Shown: positions 27,617 through 37,474 of the stretch, piece after piece
Layout of the letters: each line of letters opens with the position of its first letter
How positions within the stretch are numbered: position 1 is the stretch's first letter
From: Acidobacteriota bacterium
Lineage (GTDB): Bacteria; Acidobacteriota; UBA6911; RPQK01; JAJDTT01
NCBI GenBank assembly: GCA_965217775.1
Contig: CBDCJH010000002.1
Coordinates: forward strand, 1,408,001 to 1,472,000
Direction: 5' to 3'
DNA: 64,000 nt
Position numbers and translations under genes: made by a program
The notes under the pieces: model-generated
The model's input: the letters and a program-made list of their open reading frames with translations, nothing else
Told to the model about the DNA's origin: nothing
Database searches by the model: none

Positions 27617-29275
27617 TCACGGGCGCCGAAACTGGAACGCATAGAGGTCCAGATCGCGTAACTCGAAATGGAGCCGGACCGAACGGCCCGCCAGCGAACC
27701 CAGGTCAGATTCGCCGTTCCAGGAAACCTGCCGGTCGATCCGGTTGGTGGTGTGGATCCGGTCGCAGTCTTCCAGGGAGTAGCCTTCCAGGGGCCTGAAG
27801 TCCGAATCCAGGATCGCCACCCGAGCGATACCGGCGGCGGAAGTGTTCAGGTTCAGGACCAGTTCGCTGCCCTGGAACTTCAACAACGGGGTCGTGAATT
27901 CGCCGCCCGAGTAGTCGGCTTGGACGGAGATGAATCCCTCCCGGCGCAGCACCAACCGGCTGATGGCGCTCTTCTCACGAGTGGGAGCCAGATCCGCCTT
28001 TCGGATCAGTCGATTTTCTCGCTCGGTCCAACCCCAGGCGTGCAACATGTCCTTGCCGGAGTAGTAGAGGTACATCTCGCGGCCGTTCAGGGCCGGCACG
28101 ACGCCGTGGACCATGTAGCTGTCCCGAGTGTCGAACTCTCCATCCATCCCCAACTCCACAAAAGGGCGCCGGTCGTAGCGATGCCAGGCGATCCCGTCCC
28201 GGCTGGCGGCAAAGCGGATGTCGTTGGCCCCGGTGTTATGGGGCGTCTTCTCCGTGAACTCGCGCAGGAAACGCCCGTCGTAGTGATAGTAGAGAGAAGG
28301 AAAAGCGTAGTAGGCGTCCTGTGCCCAAGGGTATTTCACGACGATGCTGGTGTAGAAATCGACCACCGGGACCTCGGTCCCGGAGCTGGGGTCGGGGTGG
28401 TGCAGGTCCAGCCGGTCGGTGGACAGCGAGAGGGCCGAATCATCGACGTCGGGAAACAGATCGAGGCGGTGAGACTCGCTGCGGGCGTTGGTCCGGTGTT
28501 GTCCGGGCCCCGGAGTGTTCCGTCTCACATAGGCGACGTACTTTCGGATTCGATCGTCCCAGAAGATGATGTTGTAGGTGTCCAAATGGTGTCTGCGGTC
28601 GTCCCGGTAGCTCAGGACTCGCTCGTAGGTCGGCCGAAAGTGGATCCCATCGGGGGCCGAGTAGACGTTGAGCTGGTTGCGCCCGTTTCCGCGCAACCGG
28701 ACCACCAGACGGAAGCGTTCCCCGGGCGGAGCGTTGGGGTCCAGAAAGACCATCCCGTAGGCCTGCTTCTCGATTCCGGCGGCGCCATGGCCGGCCACGA
28801 TGTTGTTCTTCCGGCTGCCATCGAATTCGACCAGCCCCAGGTTCGGCTTCTCCCAGGTGATCCCATCGCTTGAGCGTGCGTAGCACATGTAGCGGCGCCA
28901 GTCGCTCCGGTCCCTCTCCAGCATCAGGGTATGATGGCCCTTCTCGTCACGGTCGAAATTGGCCAGAGACTCGTACCACATGTGGTGAGTCTCGCCTACT
29001 TTCAGAACCGTGCCGTACAAGCCCACTCGCCGGCTTTCCCACGGGTGTTCCTGGGCGATGGTCATCTCGCCCGTCTTTCGAGGAGGATGAACGCGCAAAC
29101 GAACGCCCTGGGAGGATTCCAGAAATCGATGGTCGATGAAGACCTGGCGGCGGTCACCGATGTCGAGCGCGGATGCGGACTCTCCCCAAGCCGGCGGGGC
29201 CATGAGCAGGAACAACGTCAGGGTGGTGAGCGGACCTCGCAACTCTGATTTCTGAAGCCACTCGAAAGTTGTCAT
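27617..29275 (-). CDS. Secreted beta-propeller glycoside-hydrolase-like protein (paralog 1)
   Basis: Signal peptide; SSDGITW and SRDGIAW Asp-box-like motifs; C-terminal LRREGFIS...LYAFQF domain shared with 39132 and 51151. Confidence 0.7.
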   Translation of the reverse strand: MTTFEWLQKSELRGPLTTLTLFLLMAPPAWGESASALDIGDRRQVFIDHRFLESSQGVRLRVHPPRKTGEMTIAQEHPWESRRVGLYGTVLKVGETHHMWYESLANFDRDEKGHHTLMLERDRSDWRRYMCYARSSDGITWEKPNLGLVEFDGSRKNNIVAGHGAAGIEKQAYGMVFLDPNAPPGERFRLVVRLRGNGRNQLNVYSAPDGIHFRPTYERVLSYRDDRRHHLDTYNIIFWDDRIRKYVAYVRRNTPGPGQHRTNARSESHRLDLFPDVDDSALSLSTDRLDLHHPDPSSGTEVPVVDFYTSIVVKYPWAQDAYYAFPSLYYHYDGRFLREFTEKTPHNTGANDIRFAASRDGIAWHRYDRRPFVELGMDGEFDTRDSYMVHGVVPALNGREMYLYYSGKDMLHAWGWTERENRLIRKADLAPTREKSAISRLVLRREGFISVQADYSGGEFTTPLLKFQGSELVLNLNTSAAGIARVAILDSDFRPLEGYSLEDCDRIHTTNRIDRQVSWNGESDLGSLAGRSVRLHFELRDLDLYAFQFRRP

Positions 29276-29302
29276 ATGGGTCCTTTCTGCCGGATTCGCA
29301 GA

Positions 29303-30265
29303 TCAGTTCGACGACGTGGCGCTCAGAATGCGCCAGCGGCCGTTCGCGTCACAGGCCTCGTAGAAGAGCCGAAAGCGGCCATCGTCCAAGTCGATGACAC
29401 ACGGTTCGGAGGCGTGTATCTGGTCCCAGGGACCGCCGATGTCGAGACAGGGCTCCGGGTCCTTGGCCCAGTGCAGTCCGTCGCGGGAGACAGCCGCAAA
29501 AATCCGTCCGTGCATGGGATCGTGGGTCCAGGCGGCGTAGTACATTCGATAGATGCCGCCGGCCAGACGGATCACTTCCGGCGCATACACGGCATAGTCC
29601 TCGAAACGGGTCTCCTGCGGAATGCGCACTCCCGGTTCCAGCTCGAAACGGAGTCCATCTTTCGAGGTGGCGCTCACGATATGGTTCCGGGATCTCAGAC
29701 CCGGCTTCAGAGGATGAGAGTAATGGTGGCAATAGATCCGGTACCGGAGGCCGCCGTTCGAATCCCGGAAATAGAGGCACCGTGGCGAGCCATAGGACCA
29801 CCGGCCGTCGGCGACTCGAATCCCCGGCTCCGGGTCCCAGTCGAGTCCATTTCCCGAGACGGCGCTCAGGACGCTGGTGGGGCCGGACGCGGCCCTGGCC
29901 TCATAGTACATTCGGTACCGTCCGTCCGGCAGCGGAATGACGTCCGGGCAGAGCACCCTGCGGTTCGCGTGAGGAGAGTGGACGTCCAATCGAATCCCCG
30001 GATCCTTGACCCATACCTGGGCGTCATCGGAGCTGGCGCTCAGAATGTAACCTTCGGACTCGGCGACGGGCCGGCCCAGTCCCAGACCCGTGTAGTACAT
30101 GCGGTAGCGTCCATCGGGAAGCCGAATCACGTTGGGCGTGAGAATCTTGGTGGAATCCAAAGGCGTGTCCTGATCCACGGCGATGTGCGCATCCTTGACC
30201 CAGTTGCGCCCCGGATCACGCTCCGCAAAATGCACCGACCGAATGATCTCGGAGATTTGGGCCAT
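29303..30265 (-). CDS. Five-bladed beta-propeller protein (GH32/43/130 superfamily-like)
   Basis: Five repeats of P.V..LPDGRYRMYY...SA.S.DG..W..PG.R; no signal peptide evident. Confidence 0.7.
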   Translation of the reverse strand: MAQISEIIRSVHFAERDPGRNWVKDAHIAVDQDTPLDSTKILTPNVIRLPDGRYRMYYTGLGLGRPVAESEGYILSASSDDAQVWVKDPGIRLDVHSPHANRRVLCPDVIPLPDGRYRMYYEARAASGPTSVLSAVSGNGLDWDPEPGIRVADGRWSYGSPRCLYFRDSNGGLRYRIYCHHYSHPLKPGLRSRNHIVSATSKDGLRFELEPGVRIPQETRFEDYAVYAPEVIRLAGGIYRMYYAAWTHDPMHGRIFAAVSRDGLHWAKDPEPCLDIGGPWDQIHASEPCVIDLDDGRFRLFYEACDANGRWRILSATSSN

Positions 30266-30388
30266 TTGCGCCTCTTGGGCAAGCAGTATTCGCCGGGACG
30301 TGGCAGCGTTCGCCACGAAAGGTCTCCGGGAGGCTACTGAAGCGGGAGCCGTTCTTCAAGCCGATTGCCGGCGCAACGGAATGGGGGG

Positions 30389-31678
30389 CTACCCTTGCGC
30401 GTGACGCCACAACCAGAAACGCCATAACCCGGCGGGAACCAGCGTCAGGACACACATCGCCGCCAGGATTTCCGACACCTTCAGGGACGAGTCCAGAGCC
30501 AGGCCTGTCGCCGTCACGCCGAACGTGGACAGCAGGGTGAAGATGGCGTACTCCGTGGCGAAGACTCGTCCCCGTACTTTTCCCGGGACGGATTGGAGCA
30601 GGAGCTGAGTGGAAAAGACCCAGATGATTCCCCCGCCGATCCCAGCCCAGAGGCCTCCCAGGAGCACGGTTTCCAGGTTGATGAGAAGAGACGAGATCCC
30701 CAGGCCCAGAGCACTCAGGAGATAGCCTGCGAACAGGGCCCGACGCAGCCGGTCAGGCCGGTCCCCGGCCCAGAGGCGGGCAGCGATGGGACCGATTCCC
30801 GTCCCCAGGCCGGCGGCGGAGAAGAGCAGTCCCAGGCTGATTCCGCCGGCTTTGCCCAAGGGAAACAGGCTCCGGCCGATGACCACCTTGACGACCTGGT
30901 ATCCCTGGGAGAAGACCAGCGCCGTGACTCCCTTGTGGAGGGCCGTGACCAGGATCTGCCGGTTGTTCCGAAGGTAGGCGAGACCCTCCAGGTACTGGAC
31001 GGCGGCGGTCTCGAACAAGCCGCGGCCGGAGGAAGAGAGCGCTTCGGGTGTCTTCCGGTACTGTACTCCCAAGAGAATGAGGGCGGAAACCACGAAGCTG
31101 AAGGCATCGATGATGAAGGCGGGATAGATACCCCAAGTCCCGGCAACGAGCCCTCCCAGTGCCGCTCCGAACGCGAGCATCACCGACCAGGTGGTCGCGT
31201 TGATGGCGTTGGCCGTTCCCAGTTCCCTGGAAGAGACGATGTCGGGGAGGATGGCGTTGCGAGCCGGGAAAAAGAAACCACCCAAGGCCAGTTGAATGGC
31301 CGTCAGTGTGTACAGGAGCCAGACGTCCTGCGGATCCCGGACCAGCAGGAAGCCGCACACGGTGACGGCGCGAAACAGGTCGCTCAGGATCAGAACGTGC
31401 TTGCGATTGCATCGGTCGGCGACGACGCCGGCCAACGGGCTGATGAGAAACGGAGCGAGCATTCGTACCGCAAACAGGCCTCCAACCGCGAATCCGGAGC
31501 CGGTGAGCTGGGCCAAAAGGGCAGCCGAGGCGATCAGATTGAACCAGTCGCCCAGCAGGCTCACGATCTGCCCGAACCAGAGATAACGGAAACTGGCGTT
31601 GCCCCGCACCAGTTCCCAATAGCCGCTCGAGGATGTGGAATTGTCCGGCCCGGTCCGAGTCTTCAATCGAGCCGCCAT
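30389..31678 (-). CDS. MFS transporter
   Basis: LWFGQIVSLLGDWF, GVVADRCNRK (motif A), ~12 hydrophobic segments, RGRVFA. Confidence 0.9.
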   Translation of the reverse strand: MAARLKTRTGPDNSTSSSGYWELVRGNASFRYLWFGQIVSLLGDWFNLIASAALLAQLTGSGFAVGGLFAVRMLAPFLISPLAGVVADRCNRKHVLILSDLFRAVTVCGFLLVRDPQDVWLLYTLTAIQLALGGFFFPARNAILPDIVSSRELGTANAINATTWSVMLAFGAALGGLVAGTWGIYPAFIIDAFSFVVSALILLGVQYRKTPEALSSSGRGLFETAAVQYLEGLAYLRNNRQILVTALHKGVTALVFSQGYQVVKVVIGRSLFPLGKAGGISLGLLFSAAGLGTGIGPIAARLWAGDRPDRLRRALFAGYLLSALGLGISSLLINLETVLLGGLWAGIGGGIIWVFSTQLLLQSVPGKVRGRVFATEYAIFTLLSTFGVTATGLALDSSLKVSEILAAMCVLTLVPAGLWRFWLWRHAQG

Positions 31679-32889
31679 GGATCACGCTCGAACAATTCCC
31701 GCCGGTCTCGCACCAAACCCACGCGAACGGAACGGACATCCTGTGCTGGAGGCCGGCTCCGGGTCCAACCCGCTTTGCGCATCTCATCCAGGATCCGTCC
31801 GGCGACATGGGCGTGCCCGTCCGGGCTGAAATGGCTGTCGGTGAGAAAGAACTCCTCAACCGGCATCGTACTGGATTCGATGCTCCGGCGAACCGAGATC
31901 ACGGTCGCTCCCAGATCCTCCAAAACTCCTTCAACCCGGTTTGTTCCATAACCAGGATCCAATTCTTCGGGTTTCCCGCGCGAGTATTGGGGCCAGAGCT
32001 TCGCCAGTGTCCATTTGTAGGGAATGACCAGGGCGATGAGGGGAATCTCCTGCTGTTCGAGAAGCTTCTTCAACCGGTTCAGAGCCTCTACGGTATCCCC
32101 CCAGGATCTCCGCAATGGTGGAGACTGTCGATCTTCGGGGAGAAGGGAAGCCAGAGCTCCGTCCACCGAGAGTCCGGCCTGCCGCGCATGCCGCAGGAAA
32201 TAGCGCCGAGTCGAGCCGGGTTCGCCGGGTCTGATCTCCTGGAACCAGAGCGAGGCCCGAACCGCCCGTTCCTCCACCAGGCCGAAGCTCCGGAAACGCC
32301 CGCGCAATTCGGCTCTGACGGGATTCAGAAAGACAGGTTGCAGGTCCGGAACGCCGGGGTCCAGATAGGGACGAAACAGGTCCTGCATGCTGCAGGTATG
32401 GGCGAGTTCGACGCTGTTGTTGCAGAGATCGTTGAACGGAAAAACCTGGAGGACAACCACGTCCGGCTTCAGTTCCAGCCCCAGCGTCTGTAACGCGATC
32501 AATTGCTGGTTGGTGCCCCAGTCTCCGACGGCCAGGTTGATGACCTCCCAGGACTCGCCCTCCCGGCTGAGCCAGTCCGCAAGCAGACCCGGGTACGTCT
32601 GTTCGTAGGCCACGTTCATCCCTGCCGAGAACGAATCTCCCAGGTTCACCAGCCGCCGAGTTCCTTCCGGCTTGACCCGGCTCACCTGCGGGTAGCGGAA
32701 ACCTCTGGAGTTCAGCCCGCCCACGCGCCGGTGAACCGGGTCCAACGTCCAGCCCAGATCCGGGTCGAAGCGATACCAGGGACTGGTGTTGGGATCATAG
32801 TCAGAGACCCGCAATCCCATCTCGACGATCGCCAACACCACCGTTGTGGACGCCAGACCCAACAGGAGCTTGATCAATATGCTCTTCAT
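31663..32889 (-). CDS. Membrane-anchored SGNH/GDSL hydrolase family protein
   Basis: N-terminal TM segment; LGDSF, INLAVGDWG, FNDL, DSHF catalytic blocks. Confidence 0.85.
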   Translation of the reverse strand: MKSILIKLLLGLASTTVVLAIVEMGLRVSDYDPNTSPWYRFDPDLGWTLDPVHRRVGGLNSRGFRYPQVSRVKPEGTRRLVNLGDSFSAGMNVAYEQTYPGLLADWLSREGESWEVINLAVGDWGTNQQLIALQTLGLELKPDVVVLQVFPFNDLCNNSVELAHTCSMQDLFRPYLDPGVPDLQPVFLNPVRAELRGRFRSFGLVEERAVRASLWFQEIRPGEPGSTRRYFLRHARQAGLSVDGALASLLPEDRQSPPLRRSWGDTVEALNRLKKLLEQQEIPLIALVIPYKWTLAKLWPQYSRGKPEELDPGYGTNRVEGVLEDLGATVISVRRSIESSTMPVEEFFLTDSHFSPDGHAHVAGRILDEMRKAGWTRSRPPAQDVRSVRVGLVRDRRELFERDPWRLD

Positions 32890-32918
32890 CGGAAAAGGTA
32901 TCCTGAGCCGATGCCCGA

Positions 32919-35843
32919 TCAGGGCTCGCACTCCAGGGTGACCTCAGTCAGGATCGGTGAGTTCCCACCGTCGGGAGAAACCAGCAGCACCCGGTACTGG
33001 AGCCAAGAATGGCTTTCGGGAATCTGCTTCAGGGGATCTCCGGACGTCGAATAGAAAGAGCTGGAACCCTCGGGCCCCCTCCACGGAGAAGTTTCCAGAC
33101 CATCCTGCTGGGCAGCAGTGCGGACCTGGAACTCGAGTCCTGTCCCCAGTGGTGTCTGGCCAGACCAGAACAGGCGCTTGAAACGGGTTCCCGCAGGCGC
33201 CTCGACCGGGACGGAAATGAATTCCCACTTCGGTTCCCGGTCATAGACGTTGCCGGCATCGACCATGGCGTCCAGATGGACCCCCACGGTCGGCAGATGG
33301 GATCGATTGGAAGCGTTGAAGCCCTTTTCCGAACCCCAATAGATGTTGGTCCCTGCTGCATGATCGAAGAAGGTCTGATGGTTGGAAACCACCAGATCCA
33401 CCCATCCGTCCCGGTCCAGATCCAGAGAGTCCACCGCCGATGAGGAGGCGGCCTTTACCAGGGTCCGCCGAGCTCTCGAGTAGTTGCGGCTCCCGTCCCC
33501 CCAATAGACGAATGCGGGAATCTCCCGCGTCGTGGCCGACTTGTAGTTGGTGAGCGCGATATCCAGATGCCCGTCTTCATTGAAATCGGCGACGGAGGCG
33601 TCCAGGCTCGTGAATCCTTCCAGCGGAGTCGGTGGGGCCGAGGTGAGTCCGCCGGGACCTCCCCAGTAGATGAGAGCCGGCCCGTCCATGTCCCGGTACC
33701 GGGGACTGGCGCTGCTGGTGAACAGAACGTCGAGCCATCCGTCCCGGTCCAGGTCGGCGGGCACGGCATGGGCGGCGCCATGGGCGTCCAGCAGGAGATG
33801 GTTCTCCTTTCCGTATCCGCCGGGGCCGCCCCAGACGATCTCCGACTGGTCCCCATAGCTCATGGGAAAGATGAGGTCCAAGTGGCCGTCCCGATTGAGA
33901 TCGGCGATGGCGGAGGCCTCCAGCAAATTGTCGTGAAGGTCCCATTGGGTCGTGCGGGGCGATTCGAACCGGCCCGCGTCACCCCAGACGATGGTGGCCG
34001 CTTCGATGTCCTTGCGGCCGGAGCGGCCGGGGCCGGTAAAGAGGAGGTCCAGGTAACCGTCCCGGTTCAGATCGGCAATGTTGTTGCTGCTGGGACGTTG
34101 GACCTGCAGCCGGGTGCGGCGGTTGGCGTCGTAGCCTTCGGGCCCGCCCCACCAGATGGCCGGCCCCTCGCGATGAACCAGGAGCAGGTCTGGAAAGTCG
34201 TCATCGTCCAGATCGGCGATGCTGTACTCCATCATTCCACCCGGCCTCAAAAGCGTGAGCGAGGAATCCCCGTATTGGCGCCGGGATTCGCCCCAGAAGA
34301 TGGCCGTGGGAAGGATATCGGTGTGACTGCTCAAATGGTTGACCAGCAGGATGTCCGGCCAACCGTTTCCGTCCAGGTCGGCGACCCCTGAACCGGCGAC
34401 GCCGAAACCCAGGAGCTTCGTGCGCCGGTGTTGGGAGAAGCCCTGGCCGCTTCCCCAGTAGACGAAGGAGGGGGCGTCGGCAGTGGATTGGCCCCGGCTG
34501 TTGCCGAACAGGAGATCGGGAAAGCCGTCAAGGTTCAGATCGGCCGCTTGAACCGTAGTCGCGGCCAAAGTGGGGAGGGGCGTGCGTTCCCCGGGGCTGA
34601 ATCCCGCTTCCGTGCCCCAGAAAATCTCCGACGCCGGCGGCGATTCCCGGCGTCCTCCCTGGTTGGCGAAAACCAGATCGATCCTGCCGTCGTCGTTGAG
34701 ATCCACGGCGGCCAGCCCCTGACAAGAATCTGCCGGGAGCCGGATCGAGTTCCGGGTGTCGAGACCACTGGAGGATCCGAAAAACACCACGCCGTTGGAA
34801 CTGCCGGCGGCGACCAGGTCGTCGGTGCCGTCTCCATTCAGATCCGTAGCCAGGAGCGTGCTCATTCCGTCGTGTAGCCGCTTGCCCTCCTTCACTCCTT
34901 CCTCCAGGTAGAGGTCTTCGCGATCGAGGATCTGACGCCGCTCGGGCACGAAGAGTCCCTCACCGTCTCCCCAATAGACAAAACCGTTCCGGACCTGGCT
35001 GTTGTGGTTGGCGAAAGCCAGGTCCGGGGAGCCGTCGCCGTTGAAATCTCCGACGGCTACATCCTGCGCGGTAATGCTGGGAACCGAACTGCGGCGATCC
35101 GGATGGAAGCCAGTGACGCTCCCCCAGTAGATGTACGATTCCAGGTGCATGCGTAGCCCGAGCGATTCTCCGAGTTCATCTCCCCGATTGGCCACGACCA
35201 GGTCAGGGAAACCGTCCCCGTTCAGGTCTCCCGACGCCACACCGCCCGCCCGGTAGGCCGGCAACTGCGTGTGACTCCCGAGACCGTATCCGGACGGTCC
35301 TCCCCAGTAGATGTCCACGTCCTGGTCCGGCCGGTAGTTGTGCATGAAATTGGCGATGACGATGTCGGGGAACCCATCCAGATTCAGGTCCGAAATCAAG
35401 CCGCGGCCACCTCCCTGGGTGGGCAGCCGGCTGAAATGGGAGGCGGCATCGTCCAGATACTTCAAGATGGAGAAGGGGGCTCGGAGCTCCCACAAATCGG
35501 GCATCAGCGACCGGAAGCCCTCGGGTCCTCCCCAGTAGATGAGGGAGTCGGGATTGTAGACGCTGTTGTGGTCCTGCGTGAAGACCAGGTCCAACTCGCC
35601 ATCCCGGTTCAGATCGAGCCGGTTGACGGTCTGGAGTCGCCCCTTACGGGAAATGTAGGTGTTCGCCCCCGCGTCTCCGAGACTCCCCCTGCTCAAGAGT
35701 TCGAAACCTTCGTGGCGGATCCGGTGGATCCCGGACTCGGAATGCAGGTTCAAGGAGAATGCCGCCGTCATAACCAGCGCCAGCCGGAATCCTGAAGCTG
35801 ACGAGAAGTGTTTCCAGCAGTGGCGAAGCGGCCGCAATCCCAT
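32919..35843 (-). CDS. Large secreted FG-GAP/VCBS repeat protein
   Basis: Many DLNxDGxxDL motifs, typically followed by I(Y/F/W)WG; signal-peptide-like N-terminus. Start uncertain. Confidence 0.85.
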   Translation of the reverse strand: MGLRPLRHCWKHFSSASGFRLALVMTAAFSLNLHSESGIHRIRHEGFELLSRGSLGDAGANTYISRKGRLQTVNRLDLNRDGELDLVFTQDHNSVYNPDSLIYWGGPEGFRSLMPDLWELRAPFSILKYLDDAASHFSRLPTQGGGRGLISDLNLDGFPDIVIANFMHNYRPDQDVDIYWGGPSGYGLGSHTQLPAYRAGGVASGDLNGDGFPDLVVANRGDELGESLGLRMHLESYIYWGSVTGFHPDRRSSVPSITAQDVAVGDFNGDGSPDLAFANHNSQVRNGFVYWGDGEGLFVPERRQILDREDLYLEEGVKEGKRLHDGMSTLLATDLNGDGTDDLVAAGSSNGVVFFGSSSGLDTRNSIRLPADSCQGLAAVDLNDDGRIDLVFANQGGRRESPPASEIFWGTEAGFSPGERTPLPTLAATTVQAADLNLDGFPDLLFGNSRGQSTADAPSFVYWGSGQGFSQHRRTKLLGFGVAGSGVADLDGNGWPDILLVNHLSSHTDILPTAIFWGESRRQYGDSSLTLLRPGGMMEYSIADLDDDDFPDLLLVHREGPAIWWGGPEGYDANRRTRLQVQRPSSNNIADLNRDGYLDLLFTGPGRSGRKDIEAATIVWGDAGRFESPRTTQWDLHDNLLEASAIADLNRDGHLDLIFPMSYGDQSEIVWGGPGGYGKENHLLLDAHGAAHAVPADLDRDGWLDVLFTSSASPRYRDMDGPALIYWGGPGGLTSAPPTPLEGFTSLDASVADFNEDGHLDIALTNYKSATTREIPAFVYWGDGSRNYSRARRTLVKAASSSAVDSLDLDRDGWVDLVVSNHQTFFDHAAGTNIYWGSEKGFNASNRSHLPTVGVHLDAMVDAGNVYDREPKWEFISVPVEAPAGTRFKRLFWSGQTPLGTGLEFQVRTAAQQDGLETSPWRGPEGSSSFYSTSGDPLKQIPESHSWLQYRVLLVSPDGGNSPILTEVTLECEP

Positions 35844-35975
35844 TGTCTCTCTCCCCTCCGTCGGGTTCTGCGATAGTTCCGCACTTGTTTAACAGATCCC
35901 GGTTGGCGGGGGAACGAAAACAGCGAATTATCAACAGGAACAGACAGCCGGGTCAGAGAAGAGAGTTGGAAGGAT

Positions 35976-36003
35976 GTAGGGGCCGGTCGGATGACCGGCC
36001 CCT
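35976..36003. repeat. GTAG-type REP-like hairpin downstream of the Cys-rich peptide gene
   Basis: GTAG-GGGCCGGTC-GGAT-GACCGGCCC; perfect stem. Confidence 0.65.
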
Positions 36004-36019
36004 TGGGATGGGATTCGAA

Positions 36020-36274
36020 CTATCTACACCAGCGCATGCAGGAGCTGTATTGCCGGTTGCAAATCCTCTTCTGGAATTCAAGGACAAACTGGCATTGTGC
36101 TTCTTCCCCGAATCGTTTGCACCTTCGATAGGCTTCATGAGCCGCGGATGAACACCACTCGTAGCGGGCCCAGCAGACGACTTTACAGGCCCATGTGCCC
36201 GCATCTGCGGGTAGGGTTGCAACCGATGCTTGTAGAATGAACAACGTGATCATGAGTGTGGCAATGAGTTTCAT
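36020..36274 (-). CDS. Secreted 84-aa cysteine-rich peptide
   Basis: AGAGGA RBS, Sec-type signal peptide ending in ADA, 8 Cys with symmetric spacing; 18 bp downstream of the ankyrin gene. Confidence 0.8.
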   Translation of the reverse strand: MKLIATLMITLFILQASVATLPADAGTWACKVVCWARYEWCSSAAHEAYRRCKRFGEEAQCQFVLEFQKRICNRQYSSCMRWCR

Positions 36275-36292
36275 TGATTTTCCTTCTTTCTG

Positions 36293-37141
36293 TTATTCAG
36301 TTTGTTGCCGGCGGATCTCGGAGGCGAACTCCGGCCCCACGGTCGCCTCTAGCAGTGTCGCTCGAATTTGAGCGTCCATGAGATGGTGCTCCATGAAACT
36401 GTCCAGTAGATCCTTAGCTCGTGGATGAGCAGCCAGATAGTCGTCCACCGAGACACCTAATTCGTTCGCTGCTCGAGCAATGTCGTTATAGGTGTCGAGG
36501 TGGGAGGTGGCTACCGAGGATCGGAGGCGGACATACTTCCAAGGCGGCAGGCCATCTTCAGTTTCTGCTTGGAGGTCGGCTCCGGCTTCCAACAACGTTT
36601 TGACGATCTCCAGGTTCTCGGCAGAGGGCCGGGGAACAATGCTCTGCAGGTGCAATGGCGTGGCGCCATAATCATCCGTGGCATTGACGTCCGCTCCCGC
36701 GTCCAACAGTGCCCGAACCTGATCCGGGGTGTGGGCCATATGCAGAGGCGTCTTGCCTTCACAGCCCCCGAGCCGGCTCGTATCCGGCTTGGGATTGCCG
36801 TCAAGTGCGGCCTTGAACAGCAGGCCGTAACAACCCCCGATCTCACCTGCGACGGAGTAGAGTGCAGTCTTCACCTGTTCGCCGAAGTCTTCGTCTTCCC
36901 CGTCGCGTTTCAGACCCTCCAATCTCGCAAGGTCGGGACAGCCTTCGCATTCCTCGACCGGCAAGGGGAGGGGTCTCCGCTTTGGTTGGGTGGAAGGGGC
37001 GGAACTCTCGGACTGCCCCTTCAGGGGTTGTTGTGGAGGATCACCTACCGGTACTGGCTCGGTGTCCTCCCAACCCCACCAGAGAATCAACAGCAGGGGA
37101 ATGAGCACAATCATTCCCAGTTTCCAATGCTTTGTGGTCAT
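36293..37141 (-). CDS. Membrane-anchored ankyrin repeat protein
   Basis: AAGGAG RBS, N-terminal TM, Pro-rich linker, GKTPLH...LLDAGADVNATDDYGATPLH...LLEAGAD. Confidence 0.88.
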   Translation of the reverse strand: MTTKHWKLGMIVLIPLLLILWWGWEDTEPVPVGDPPQQPLKGQSESSAPSTQPKRRPLPLPVEECEGCPDLARLEGLKRDGEDEDFGEQVKTALYSVAGEIGGCYGLLFKAALDGNPKPDTSRLGGCEGKTPLHMAHTPDQVRALLDAGADVNATDDYGATPLHLQSIVPRPSAENLEIVKTLLEAGADLQAETEDGLPPWKYVRLRSSVATSHLDTYNDIARAANELGVSVDDYLAAHPRAKDLLDSFMEHHLMDAQIRATLLEATVGPEFASEIRRQQTE

Positions 37142-37252
37142 GGATCGGAACTCCTTTCGTTAGGAAGGGCGTCCTGAGCAGATAAGATCGAGGCTGGATA
37201 AGTATAATGTCGCAAGATTAGCTCCTCCTTCTACACAGGACGAGTTGGTTTA

Positions 37253-37286
37253 GAGCCTGTCGAATGTAGCCCCATTCGACAGGCTC
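37253..37286. repeat. Perfect 14-bp-stem hairpin (REP- or terminator-like)
   Basis: GAGCCTGTCGAATG-TAGCCC-CATTCGACAGGCTC. Confidence 0.65.
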
Positions 37287-37369
37287 GAATCAGAAGCGGA
37301 AAACCTTAGCAAGGTGAGTAGAGACTCGCGATACTATTGTGAGCCTCATCCGCTTCCTGGAAATTCAAC

Positions 37370-37474
37370 TTAGTGTCTCCAAGCACCCATTTGTCTCCGC
37401 ACGGGAATTCTGTGGAGACACCATATGGCCGGGAAAAATGACAGGGTGACGAGCCGTTTTGATTTGATTTTCAT
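37370..37474 (-). CDS. 34-aa small ORF or truncated secreted-protein gene (not in the ORF track)
   Basis: GGGAGG RBS then ATG; MKIKSKRLVTLSFFPAIWCLHRIPVRRQMGAWRH*. Confidence 0.35.
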   Translation of the reverse strand: MKIKSKRLVTLSFFPAIWCLHRIPVRRQMGAWRH

